This document shows, piece after piece, positions 11,416 to 23,779 of a stretch of 64,000 bases of DNA. The notes under the pieces were generated by a model that ran no database searches, was not told the origin of the DNA, and saw only the letters and a program-made list of their open reading frames with translations. The position numbers and the translations under genes are program-made. Source of the stretch: Schmidtea polychroa (Eukaryota); assembly GCA_044892525.1 (NCBI GenBank), contig CM097885.1:6078001-6142000 (forward strand), in the 5' to 3' direction. Positions within the stretch are counted from its first letter, which is position 1, and each line of letters opens with the position of its first letter.

Positions 11416-11430
11416 TTTGTTTATTATAAA

Positions 11431-12039
11431 ATGACCTCGAAGAGTTCCTCTACTGAAGAATCTTTGCAAGAATTAATAAATTCAAATAAAAATAAATCAG
11501 TAGTAATTGATGGTAAAAAATATTTTATTGGAAAACATGTAAAAGAACAAGTTAGAGCGAAGCTCCACGAAGCTAAAGAAGGTGGCATTCTTCCATTAGC
11601 TGCTTTAATACCTGCAATGATTGCTGGTTTATCAGGTGCTGCTGGAATAGCTGGAGGAATTGCAACTACAGTTCAAAAAGCTAAAGAATCTCAAAAGACA
11701 GACCTAGAAAAAGAAAAACTACAAACTGAAATCGATTCAATGAAGAAGGTAGGGCAAGCTAAAGGGGGAGTGTCCGTTGGAAAGGGTCTCTATCTTAATC
11801 CATATGAGGGGAGTCGGCAAAAGTCTCAGGGGACTCTGTCCAAGGGAAAGGGTCTCTATCTTGATCCTTATAAAGGTAGAGGTTTAAATGATTTTTTAAA
11901 AAATCAAATTTCTACATCTGAATCTTTATCTTCAAAAGATAAAGAAGATTTAAAAAAAATATGTAAATCTTTAAAGAATGGATGCCTTTGTAAAACTAAA
12001 AATGGTATAGGATTATACTTGAAGCCATTCGAACTATGA
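11431..12039 (+). CDS. pX-like/membrane-active virion core protein
   Basis: KEGG|ILPLAALIPAMIAGLSGAAGIAGGIA resembles the adenovirus pX C-terminal hydrophobic segment; repeated GxGLYLxP(Y/F) motifs. Confidence 0.65.
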   Translation: MTSKSSSTEESLQELINSNKNKSVVIDGKKYFIGKHVKEQVRAKLHEAKEGGILPLAALIPAMIAGLSGAAGIAGGIATTVQKAKESQKTDLEKEKLQTEIDSMKKVGQAKGGVSVGKGLYLNPYEGSRQKSQGTLSKGKGLYLDPYKGRGLNDFLKNQISTSESLSSKDKEDLKKICKSLKNGCLCKTKNGIGLYLKPFEL

Positions 12040-12061
12040 TACCATTTTTGATACCATTAAA

Positions 12062-12943
12062 ATGGTATATGAAGAAAGATTAGCACTTTTAAAAAAATTA
12101 CAATCAGAACAAGATAAATATAATAAAAAAGATACAACTCAACATGCTGAATCTATAATATTAAATGAGGTAATAACACAACAACAGGGGCCAACAATTA
12201 AAGCTATAAAAGAGTTGGAAGATTTCAATGAGCAAGCAAAATTTAAAGAGTTAGAAGATAAAAAACAAAAAATAAAAGAACTAGAGTGGCAGGATAAAGA
12301 AAATGAATCCAGTGAAAACCATCCTGAAAGAAATCAAAGAAAACGCAGAAGAATTTCTAATGTGGAAGAAGAAGAAATGTTTTTAAAAACAAAACCTCTT
12401 AAAGTTGATCCTAAAATTAGAGATGATTTACCTCCTTCAATTAGACCCACATTTAATACTAATACTGAAGGATATCAAATAATAACAATTAATAAACAAA
12501 ACTTTACTTTATATTCAAATTTAGAAAATAAATCACGTATTCATTCACAAAATGTTTATAATAATGAATATTTAGACTTTGAATTTACAGATGATTTTTA
12601 TAGATTACTTTGTGGATATTCTACAGATGATGTTGAAGAAATTAAAAAATATTTAAATTTAATAAAATTAATAAGAGCTAGTTCTAAAGCAAAATATATT
12701 CAAGATTTAAAGAATTATTTAAATAAAAATGAAAAGGGTTATGTTGTTACAGAGGGAGAGGGATTAATTAGTGAAGGTGGTAAACCAAACCCCATCAATC
12801 TTTTTATTGAATTAAGAAAACTATTAGCTGCAAGGAAAGCAGGACATAATAATTTAGATTCTGTTATTTTAAAGATTTCTAAAGATTTGTTAAAACAAGG
12901 AATAATTTCAAAAGATAAATTTAATAAGTATACGAAGTTATAA
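12062..12943 (+). CDS. Conserved uncharacterised Polinton protein
   Basis: C-terminus GEGL...NPINLFIELRKLLAARKAGHNN...LLKQGII resembles a recurrent Polinton motif (P.EL..RL.LL.A...AGN....L...GII); basic NLS-like RKRRR. Confidence 0.65.
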   Translation: MVYEERLALLKKLQSEQDKYNKKDTTQHAESIILNEVITQQQGPTIKAIKELEDFNEQAKFKELEDKKQKIKELEWQDKENESSENHPERNQRKRRRISNVEEEEMFLKTKPLKVDPKIRDDLPPSIRPTFNTNTEGYQIITINKQNFTLYSNLENKSRIHSQNVYNNEYLDFEFTDDFYRLLCGYSTDDVEEIKKYLNLIKLIRASSKAKYIQDLKNYLNKNEKGYVVTEGEGLISEGGKPNPINLFIELRKLLAARKAGHNNLDSVILKISKDLLKQGIISKDKFNKYTKL

Positions 12944-12965
12944 ATACGAAATTTTAAAATACAAA

Positions 12966-13430
12966 ATGACTCCTTCAATATTAGATTTTTTAAAAACATT
13001 TGGAATAAATGCAAAAACAAATTTTGATTTAAAAGATTATGCAAATTATTTAAATTTAAAAATTAAAATATTAATGAATGATGAATTATCAAGTCTGGAG
13101 AGTCCCTTGAATATAATAATCAATTATCAAAATTCAAATGAAAAAGGATCTCATTGGGTTTGTATATATAAGAAATCTATCTACTTTGATTCTTTTGGGA
13201 TTAAACCTACTAAAGAAGTTGAAGATTATCTCTTGAGGGGTTCTCCGATTGATTCCCCAAATGGTTATACTTTTAACTCTTTACAAGTTCAACCTTTGAA
13301 TACTAAAATATGTGGTATTTTAAGTTTATATGTTTTGTATAGATTGAATAAGGGAGAGGGAAAGGGGCATACGCAGGATTTTGAATCTATAATTCAAGAA
13401 ATTTATAATGATCTAGAATCTCTACTATAA
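12966..13430 (+). CDS. Adenain-like cysteine (maturation) protease
   Basis: GSHWV (His), YFDSFG (Asp), Q-x6-CG (oxyanion Gln and Cys). Confidence 0.9.
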   Translation: MTPSILDFLKTFGINAKTNFDLKDYANYLNLKIKILMNDELSSLESPLNIIINYQNSNEKGSHWVCIYKKSIYFDSFGIKPTKEVEDYLLRGSPIDSPNGYTFNSLQVQPLNTKICGILSLYVLYRLNKGEGKGHTQDFESIIQEIYNDLESLL

Positions 13431-13478
13431 GGATTTTTACTATAAGGATTTTTACTATATGAATTTACTACTAAAGAA

Positions 13479-14243
13479 ATGGAGCTTCACAACCCTCCGG
13501 AAGATAATTTAAAAAAAATGGTAAACATAATGTCAGATAAATATTCAAGAACTTTATCTATAAATTCAAAAGAATCAGACTTTACTATAAACTTTCAAGA
13601 TTCAATTAAATTAGATCAAAATTTAAATTATGAATTGGGGCTATTATGGTTTTGTGCTTATAATACTATTTTTAATATAACTAAAGATAATAATAAATTT
13701 ACTATTCAAACTCGTGATGGGTATAAACCAGAAATTATAACAATAGAACCTGGGGCATATGAGATAAAAGATTTAAATGATATACTTTCTAAAAAAACAA
13801 ATGAAGGTATTAAAATTAAAATGGATATACCAACTTCAAAATGTGTAATGACTTTGAAGAATATAAAAATTAGTTTTTTAGATAATTGTTTCTTTCACAC
13901 AGTTTTAGGATTTAAACCTATGGATATAACAATAAAAGAAGATAAAATAATAACATCAGAACATATTATAAAAATAATAAATACAAACACAATAAATATT
14001 CATTGCGATTGTATAACAGGTTCTTCTAATAATGGTAAACAAACAAATGTTTTATATTCCTTTCCCTCAAACACAGTTCCTATGGGATATAAAATAAAGG
14101 AAAGAATGAATCCTCCAAATTATTTACCTTTATGTAGAAAATATATAATGGATATTAATTTTAAAATTCTTAATCAAGAAGGAGAATTGATTGATTTTAA
14201 TGGAGAAGAGATAGGTCAATTATTCAGGTATTGCATAGAATAA
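13479..14243 (+). CDS. Minor capsid protein (penton-like), C-terminus probably clipped
   Basis: YELGL, YNTIFNI...NNKF, I.PGAYEI.DLN, INIHCDCI.GS..NG...VLYSF, P.YLP, I.NQ.G..IDFNGE.I. The last residues (GQLFRYCIE) look non-homologous. Confidence 0.8.
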   Translation: MELHNPPEDNLKKMVNIMSDKYSRTLSINSKESDFTINFQDSIKLDQNLNYELGLLWFCAYNTIFNITKDNNKFTIQTRDGYKPEIITIEPGAYEIKDLNDILSKKTNEGIKIKMDIPTSKCVMTLKNIKISFLDNCFFHTVLGFKPMDITIKEDKIITSEHIIKIINTNTINIHCDCITGSSNNGKQTNVLYSFPSNTVPMGYKIKERMNPPNYLPLCRKYIMDINFKILNQEGELIDFNGEEIGQLFRYCIE

Positions 14244-14499
14244 TAGAATGATATTTTTAATCAGGAAATAAGGGCGAATCCCTGGTAAAAAATTTAGAAA
14301 AAGACAATAGAAAATATCCTTAATTGATGATAACAGGTAATCTAACAACAGAATAGATATTGAATAATGACGTAAGACATTCTATCGGCAGTTCAGAACC
14401 CGAAAATGAAAATAACTTGAAAAAGAAGTTTTAGCAATAGAGCTCACCTGCTAATGAATTTTAAACCATTGTATACAGCACCAACATGGCGATCACCAT

Positions 14500-15364
14500 G
14501 AATATACAGATGGTCTAAACTTTATAAAAATTCAATCCCCTCCAAAAATTAACACTAATAAAACACCAACTGTGCAAACTCCGACACATTTTGACCATTC
14601 AAGTTTATTCTCTGAAAAGAACTCATCTACTTTTACAAAAATATCAATACTTCTTGTTGCAGCTTAAAGCTCTCGACAAAAATGTAAATCTTCATGAACT
14701 TCGTTGTTATACTGATATCTTACAAAAACCATTAATTGTGGGTAATTTGTTATATCAGTCGATTTATCAAGTTGTATTGCCAAGAAATTACTCTGTCTAA
14801 TACCAGATATCAATTGAGCTTTAATATTATCTCCCGTGCTATCAATTCTTCTTTTCATGGTATCGTTTGAGATAGGAATATATATCAAATGATTAGGAAT
14901 ATTTTCGTTGTGTATAATTTCACAAATTTTAATTGCCGCTGGTAATATAAGATCTTCTCCAATGGCATAAGGTTTTTTGGTCTTTGCAATTAATAGGCAA
15001 CTTCATATGATGCTTTTAGCAGGTCGTCTGTTAGTTTGGTGTATTTTGAAAAAGAACTTGTTTATCCCTTTTGAGCGACTACCTTTCTTTGAAAAAAATC
15101 TAGCGGCTTATTTTTATATTCAGGATGGAAAGTAGCTAAATGACGAATTAATTTTCCTGGCATCATGCTGTCGTTTAAAAATTGGGTGAAACAAATTACA
15201 CACATAGGTCTTTCTTGATTATTGATTGTAGACGAAGTAAATTCATATTTCAAATAATCAGAATCATATTTCCGATTTTTTATATGACGTGCATTATTAT
15301 TATCTGGTTGGACTTTTCTTTTATTGCTAGTAGTTAATGTTGTAAATGTCGATGACATCATCAA
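14500..15364 (-). mobile_element. Degenerate hAT (Buster/ZBED5-like) transposase fragment
   Basis: RKYDSDYLKY...PMCVIC...MMPGKLIRHL...HP..K.KPLDFF; ISNDTMKRRI...AIQLDKSTDI...QLMVFVRY; broken by stops and frameshifts. Confidence 0.85.
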
Positions 15365-17329
15365 TACTTGGAGTCAGTTAGTATCCCGTGACCACTATGT
15401 ATGACGACACATTAACCACGGTCAGTATGTTGAGTCATCAGTACGTGGGGCAGTTAACTAATGATGTGTGTATTACCTCTCCTGTTTTCCAGTTTCAATT
15501 TCGATAACATTTCACTTTATTCCACTTCCTCAGATTTACACATTTTTCGTTTTCGTTATTTTTCTTTTTTTGTCATATTTTTCTTTGCTATTACTTCTCG
15601 TCTTGACCACCATTCTCTTTCGTTCAATTTATGTTTTCTTTTTACTCGAAACTTTTCAATTTACCATAATTTAATAATTTACTTTTACAACCTCAACACA
15701 ATCTACAATTTACAAATGCCGAATATCACAATATAAGTCCTATTCTGACTATTCAATAAGTATCACTGTAACCACTTTGGTTCTGCACATTCTGCAACAA
15801 TAACCACCTCTTTGTTTACATAACTTGATTCTTTTATTTTCCTTTCCGCTAAATCTATCTTCTGACTTTAATTTTACATTTAATTCTACTGTTTAATTAT
15901 TCATTCTTAACTAAGGCAAAATGCACAAAAAATTATATAATTTTTCAATAATATTAAATTGTTATTAATTTCTTTGATTATCAGCTAATAATTCTTTCAA
16001 GCAAATGTGATTTTTAATTTTAGTTCCTTTTTCTGTGCTTCCAATTACCCTCAAAATTAAAATTTCGTGTACCTGAAATCCTGTATTGAAAATTTCCCAG
16101 AATCCCGAATTTTTTCATTTTTTACTTCTGGAACCAGTAATATATTAAGTCTAGGAATTCAAAAGCTCTAGAAACAACTCAACTCATCACTTTTCAAAAT
16201 AAAATCCTTTGTTGAGCAAATCAAAAACAGTGTCGAAATTAACCAGAACTTAATTGAAAAATATATTTTAAGAATAGTTTATTCTATTTCATAAATAGAT
16301 AACAGACTATAAAATTAAATAAAAATTTTTAATACAAAAATTAGTTCTAAACTTTTATAGTTTTACTAATAAAAATACAAACTTGTTTAAATGAATTAGA
16401 ATTATTTATAATGATTTGATCCAAATTAAAATGTAAATTTTTTCTATTTTTTCCAAATTTTTATGAAAAGAAAATTATGATCAATCGGGTGATATTAATT
16501 TTAATTTTTAAATTTGAAATTATATTGCAATGTTTATCGAAAAGATGTTAGATTTATTATTTTTGTTCGAATTTAGATGTTAGCCATTGATTAGTAGTTC
16601 TTTTACCATACAATTCTGATTTATGTAACTCGTCAATCAATGGGATCAATAAGTACCAAGAATTTAACATAAATCAACATATGAATTTTGAAACTTTATC
16701 TAACATTAGTGATGTGCTGAGGAATATTAATAATAATATCAATGCAACCGATATGTCTACTCACCTACCTTGGAAGCAATTCGAAAATGAAATGACTCAG
16801 TATTATTTTTGTCGTGTACTTGTCAAACCAATGGGTCGGCAGTTGATATTTCACACTGAACAAGGTGAATATAATTTTTGGAATATTAGGGCGAGAATAA
16901 ATCGGTTGCAACCTCCTGTTAAATGCTCTGATAGATTACTGTTGCAATTTAGACACAATCATAATTTTATCTCAGATTTGGACAGTCATTCAGCGCGAGT
17001 AAAATATTGAATTGTATATTATATTTATACATTGATTGTTCATAATACATTATTATGATTATACTATAATTAATTTATTACTGGCATTAGTTAGTTGAGG
17101 AGTGATTTATTGTAATTTTGTGCGCAACTGACTTGTTACTAATGATAAATTAATGACATCCTCCCCTCCTCATTATTCACTGGTTACCTAAATAAATCCA
17201 ATCCCTACAATGCCTTTGTACATTTTGACGCCTAAATACATGTAAAATATTCCAATAATTAATCAATAAAAATTATTTAATTCTTGAAATATTTGATTCA
17301 TGAAAATGATAAGTGAAATCATTAAATCC

Positions 17330-17921
17330 TTTTCATTATTATTTTTTTTAATATTTATTTATTCTTATTTATTATTTTAATTATTATTTTTATTTATTAT
17401 TAGTTATTGTTATTTATTTAATATTTCTTTATTTATTGTTATTCATTATTTTTAGTTATTATTATTTATTATTATTTATTATTTTAATTATTATTATTAT
17501 TATTATTATTATTAATCTTTAATATTTATTTATTTATTCTTATTTATTATCATTTATCATTTATTATTAATATTTATTTTTATTTATTATTTTGTTTATT
17601 AACATTTATTATATATTTTTATTATTAATTATTATTATTATTATTTATTATTATTATTATTATTAATCTTTAATATTTATTTATTATTCTTATTTATTAT
17701 CATTTATTATTTATTATTAATATTATTAATATTTATTTTTATTTATTATTTTATTTATTAATATTTATTTATATATTTTTATTATTAATTTTTATTAATA
17801 TTATTATTATTATTTATTATTACTATTATTATTATTATTATTTAATATTTATTTATTTATTGTTATTTATTATTTTATTTATTAACATTTATTATAGATT
17901 TTTATTATTAATTTTTATTAA

Positions 17922-17985
<64 letters not shown>

Positions 17986-18268
17986 ATTATTTTTATTTAA
18001 TTTTTATTTATTTATTGTTATTTATTATTTTATTTATTATTATTATTATTATTATTAATCTTTAATATTTATTTATTATTCTTATTTATTATCATTTATT
18101 ATTTATTATTAATATTATTAATATTTATTTTTATTTATTATTTTATTTATTAATATTTATTTATATATTTTTATTATTAATTTTTATTAATATTAATATT
18201 ATTATTATTATTATTATTATTATTTAATATTTATTTATTTATTGTTATTTATTATTTTATTTATTATC

Positions 18269-18326
<58 letters not shown>

Positions 18327-18449
18327 CATTTATTATTTATTATTAATATTATTAATATTTATTTTTATTTATTTATTTTATTTATTTTTATTTATTATTT
18401 TATTTATTAATATTTATTTATATATATTTTTATTATTAATTTTTATTAA

Positions 18450-18516
<67 letters not shown>

Positions 18517-18560
18517 TAATATTTATTTATTTATTGTTATTTATTATTTTATTTATTATC

Positions 18561-18594
<34 letters not shown>

Positions 18595-18684
18595 CTTTAA
18601 TATTTATTTATTATTTTTATTTATTATTTTATTTATTAATATTTATTTATATATTTTTATTATTAATTTTTATTAATATTATTA

Positions 18685-18735
<51 letters not shown>

Positions 18736-18879
18736 CATTTATTATTTATTATTAATATTATTAATATTTATTTTTATTTATTTATTTTATTTATTAATAT
18801 TTATTTTTATTTATTATTTTATTTATTAATATTTATTTATATATATTTTTATTATTAATTTTTATTAATATTATTATTA

Positions 18880-18930
<51 letters not shown>

Positions 18931-18968
18931 TAATATTTATTTATTAATAATTATTATTATTTATTATA
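17330..18968. repeat. AT-only low-complexity/(TTA)n-derived array
   Basis: Almost entirely TTA/TTTA repeats with internal duplicated blocks. Confidence 0.95.
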
Positions 18969-19235
18969 AGAACTTTTATTTCTTCCAATTTCACCACTGA
19001 TTATTTTATCCATTGAATTAAAAAGAGACATTTAAGACTATAAATCAGTAATATATCAATGTTTCTTGATACTCACGAATTTCTTTTTTTTTCTTTTGTT
19101 TTCATTCTTTCAGAAATGTTTATTAATTTAAACCGGTGCTTAATCCTTTGGTGTTTATCGGTACATATGTTTCCATCCATTATTGGGTTTTATGTCCCAC
19201 CTAAAATGTTTAATGGAACACATACACTGGTGAAA

Positions 19236-19480
19236 TGAGTAGAACCCCATACCAAATTGTCCTATCATTGAAATATCAGCTCCAGCATTAAGTGTTTTCA
19301 CAATGCCTTAGTTCCAGATCTTGGAATTGTTCTCAAATTGTTAATCAAATCTGCCTTTGTCATTCCAATTCCAGTGTCGATAATAGTTAAAGTACCAGGA
19401 TCTTTATCGGGAATCATTTGAATCATTAAATCCTTTGCAATGTCGAGAACTGATGGATCTGTTAAACTTTTGTATCTAAT
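19236..19480 (-). pseudogene. HSP90: Hsp90 N-terminal domain fragment, frameshifted
   Basis: [13 protein letters not shown]...[28 protein letters not shown], then a 1-bp frameshift, then AGADISMIGQFGMGFYS. Confidence 0.9.
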
Positions 19481-19483
19481 GTT

Positions 19484-19579
19484 GCCAGCAAGACACACAG
19501 CTTTCATTGCATATTCACCTTGACATAAACTACCATCCTGAGAAAAAGTAGTTGTTCGAACATCATATCTTCGACCCAA
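19484..19579 (-). pseudogene. PSMA4: Proteasome alpha-3 (PSMA4/Pre9) N-terminal fragment fused in frame to the Hsp90 fragment
   Basis: [31 protein letters not shown] vs consensus [28 protein letters not shown].HAG; start codon is TTG. Confidence 0.8.
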
Positions 19580-20241
19580 AACTTCAAAAAAATCTTTATT
19601 TTCAAAAATACGAGAGAAACTCCTTTTTCAAACAAACTATGAAACTTCCAGAAAAAATTCAATAATTAAATTAAAAACACAGAATCGATTTTATCAAATC
19701 GAAAAACAATTCAAAACACATTGTCCGCGTCTGTGTGTGTACACAGATACATTCAATTTCAAACAGACGCAATAATTAACCTCAAGATTGACCATGGTAT
19801 GCTCCAGTCCTTAGCATGAAAAGAGCGTACACTACATTTATAAAAATATCATTTCTTGATATTAGTATCCACATTTACATAAAGTCTGACCTCGGATATA
19901 GCACAACTAACTGGAAAATAAATCAGACTCCAAAGAGTTAAGTCTGTTTAGAATTTTACTATTTAGAAATAAAAATATTGCATAAAACAGACAAGTTATT
20001 AGCCCTTAATATCATTTACAATTCATTGTTGTGTTTTATTCCACATTAACTCATTTCAAGCCAAAATTTCATTACTGGAAACGCTGTGTTTTTTGCATGG
20101 AATACAGCAAAGACAAATATTATTATGGCAAATGGTAAGTTAATAGTTATATTTTTATTAAAATTTACATGTTTCTAAAGTTTTTTATATAATTTTAATA
20201 TTTTTATGTTAATAATGTTTTTATAAATTTCATTTCATTTA

Positions 20242-23187
20242 CAGTGAAACCTCTCTAATAGGACCACCCTTGGTTCCGGACCAAAAGTGGTCTTTACTAG
20301 AGGTGGTCCTATTAGAGAGGGTTTTATTTTTATAAAGAAAACTAGACTTACCGTAATTTCCGGTCTATAAGTCGCGGTTTTTTTCAGACGCTGACGGTGC
20401 TGCGACTTAAATAAAGGAGCGACTTATATAATAAGTTTAATCACGTTCCGTTTCTATAATAAATCTAAATGTAATCAACAATTTGTGACTGTTCTGTCTT
20501 TGATGAACTGATAATTGATGCCGTGGTTATCAAAGGCCCTTTTTGTAATATGATACAATCTTAAACCATCACCATCATTATAATATATCTAAGACGCCAT
20601 TTAGCCTATTTCGTAAACCAAGCTTACAGGATGTCTAGGCTAGGCGAACTGCCGCCATGTTGGCGTGTCAGTTTAACTGCCGATCTGATTGGTCATTTCG
20701 GACCCTGGATCCGAAATTTGAGAGCCCATCAAACAAATGTCAGCTTTAATCACCAGATGGCAGTGTATATAAGACCGCTGTAATAGATTTCCTGTCAAAA
20801 CAATTTAATTTTTCAAATTAAAATATACCGAAAGTTTAGTGCAAAATGAGTTCCAACAAAACAAGGAAATCGTACACTGCCGAGTTTAAGCTGCAAACTA
20901 TCAAATTTGCTGAGGAAAACGGCAATCGAGCGACTGAGCGGCGATTTAATATTAGTGAAAAACTAGTTCGAGACTGGCGAAAATCAAAAGATGCGCTGTT
21001 GCTGACAAAAGAACCAAGCGGGCGAATCGAGGTCATAAAGCAAGATGGCCAGGACTGGAAAATCAGCTTTCTAAGTTTATTGTGGAGCAGCGAGCTCAAA
21101 GTCGCGGAATATCAACCGTCCAAGTTCGTCTTAAGGCCAAAGAAATAGCGAATGATCTGGGAATCGATGAATTCATTGGTGGACCATCTTGGTGTTTTCG
21201 TTTCATGAAGCGCCAGCAGCTCTGCATCAGATCAAGAACGACCATGTGTCAACAACTGCCTGCTGACTACATCGAAAAAATCCGGAATTTTCGTGAATTC
21301 ATTTATTCAAAAGTCGCGAAATATGAAATCATTCCAGATCATATTATCAACATGGATGAAGTTCCACTCACCTTCGATATTCCTCTGGGCCGAACTCTCA
21401 ATAACAAAGGTGAGAAAACGATCAACATAAGAACAACTGGCCACGAGAAATCGCACTTTACGGTCGTGCTGTCATGCTGTGGTGATGGAAGGAAGCTTCC
21501 TCCAATGATAATCGTCAAAAGGAAAACCATGCCAAAAGAGGCATTTCCCAACAACGTGATCATTCAAACCAACGCAAAGGGATGGATGGATGAAGAAATG
21601 ATGAACATATGGTTGGAGAGATGTTTCAAAAAGAGGCCTGACGGATTCTTCAAAACTAAAAAGGCATTGCTCGTAATGGACAGTATGCGAGCTCACATCA
21701 CAGAGAACATAGAAACGAAAGTTAAAGGCAACAACTCGATTCCTGTCATTATACCAGGTGGTCTGACGAAGGTGCTATAGCCTCTGGATATTTCTGTCAA
21801 CCGAAGTTTCAAGGTCCATCTGCGTCGTTTGTGGGAAAGATGGATGACCAGCGGTGAACATAGCTTTACGGCAACAGGTCGCATACGTCATGCCACCTTT
21901 GCGGAAGTGGCCAAATGGGTGGTCGAGGCATGGGATAAATTGAATCCGGCGATTATCACCAGTGGATTCAAGAAAGCGGAAATCTTACTGGCAGACAATG
22001 ATGACAACGACGACTCTGATAGCGATGATGATGATGACAACTATGAACTGACTGTACCAGATGAAATTGCTCAATTATTTGAAAGCGATACTGAAGATGA
22101 AGGCTTTAATGGATTTAATGGATTTACAGACTCTGATTTTTATTGATAAATTTAACTTCATTAATCGACATTTATAACTTAGGCATTTCGTTTTCGCTTC
22201 TCATTGAACTTGGTACACCATTCCTTGAAAATTGTACTGGTCATCCAAGCCTTTCTATTTGCATGCCATTCAACACCCATTTTAGACATATCGATGTTTT
22301 TGAAGCACCTTGGCCTTAAAGATTTATTTATTATGACCGGTGGCTCTTTTTCTCCCAACATATTAACACAAAGCATGATTGTTATTCTTTGTTTGGATTT
22401 ATTACTTCCATATGTTTTTCTCCAGCACGACCCAAAGATTTCCCTGGCAACATTTTATAGAATAAAGCAGTCTCATCTATGTTGTAGATATCTTTCTTTT
22501 CATAGTTTGTAATAACATCTGGGATTTTCGAAAACCAATCTGATAGCACAGATGGTTCTACGGAAGCAGATTCACCTGATAAAACCCTCAAAGTAATATT
22601 GTTTCTCTTGAGGAATTTCTCCAACCAGCCATTACTAGCTTTAAACACATTGTTGTTTAGACTAATAGCTATCTTCTTAGCTGATGCTTTCAACAATTCT
22701 CCGTTAATAGGAAAGCCTCGCAGCACTTTGTTTTCATACCACTCTAGAACATACTCATTGATAAGTTTAAACTGCTGATTTGTTAGTCGTTTTAGTTTTT
22801 TATTTGCATTATTGTTCCAAAGCTCCTTTATTTCTTCTTTGTTAACAATGATATTGTGGACTTGCGTTTTACTACAAGAAAATCGTCTTGCAATAGGTCT
22901 TTGTCCTTCTCCTCGCTCAGAAGATTTAATAACATCCATCTTCTCGCTCAATGTAAGCTCCTTTCTCGTTTTTTTTACTCCCATTTTAATTTTAAAAAAA
23001 TATTTAAACAAAAAATATTTAAACTAAAAATATTTTTTACGAAAAGTGGTCTTAACGAGAGGGGTGGTCCTATTATGGAGGGTTATTTGTCCCAGTAAAC
23101 TACTGTGTAAATTTGGTTCCGAAGAAATAGAGGTCTTAACTAGAGTTGGTCTCTTTAGGGAGGTGGTCTTAAGTAGAGGTTTTACTG
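20242..23187 (-). mobile_element. Tigger/pogo-family DNA transposon with TIRs and TA TSD, internally deleted
   Basis: TA|CAGTGAAACCTCTCTAATAGGACCACC ... GGTGGTCTTAAGTAGAGGTTTTACTG|TA. Minus-strand transposase 22179-23011 (HTH psq, CENP-B HTH FKASNGWLEKF, YNIDETALFY) is frameshifted and truncated. Confidence 0.88.
20351..22178 (+). mobile_element. Nested pogo (POGK-like, Brinker-DBD) element with decayed transposase
   Basis: Left TIR TA|CCGTAATTTCCGGTCTATAAGTCGC; transposase 20846-22146 (RKSYTAEFKL, NMDEVP, LVMDS, [Q->stop]PLDISVN) with a frameshift near 21010 and a stop at 21778; right TIR not found. Confidence 0.88.
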
Positions 23188-23779
23188 TATAATATTTTTG
23201 AAAACAGTAATATGAATTGAATTGTCATTTAAATACATTTTTGAAGCTATTATACAATATTTTCGACTGTGATTTCGATCAATTTTTCTATCAATTTCTA
23301 AATATGTGAAAATAATTCACTTTAAATTTAATATTGTAATTATAAATTACGTTTTTCGATGCTTTTTTCCGATATTTCGGATAATTTTTGGTAATCTATC
23401 ATGAGTTTCCAAATTTCTAAAAAATTTATAAGTTCGAACGCTAAAAGTTGCTCCTCTGTGATTTCGTACTACTCATGGAAATGCGGTATATGATAAAACG
23501 CTAGAAAAACCCTAAAATTACCATTTTTCTAATTAAAAAATCTTATAGTAAATTATTGCTGACTGTCATTTTAGTCCGCCTGTGTATTGTATCTTATTAG
23601 GTTATTAGGTATAGGGCATCTGTATTTGTATTTTTCTCACTGAAATTACTTTTCTGTCTTTTTAGTATATGGCCGTCATTTATGACTGTGCCCTTAATAT
23701 TGGTCCTTATTTCAAGGGTTTATTTTTCTATATATAAATTAATTGTCTTATACTTTACCTTAATTCATGGTTAAGCGTA

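Larger units (their letters stand above)
6175..14243 (+). mobile_element. Polinton/Maverick (adintovirus-like) endogenous virus, right-truncated, no pPolB seen
   Basis: Compact intronless cluster of MCP-like, rve integrase, A32-like ATPase, adenain-like protease and penton-like genes. The left end is tentatively placed at AGTAGT (6175); the right side runs into unrelated hAT debris. Confidence 0.9.

Noticed and set aside
7875..12970. (T)AAAATG at viral gene starts as a poxvirus-like late promoter
   Set aside because: Host RPLP0 has the same AAAAATG context, so it is explained by the host Kozak preference.
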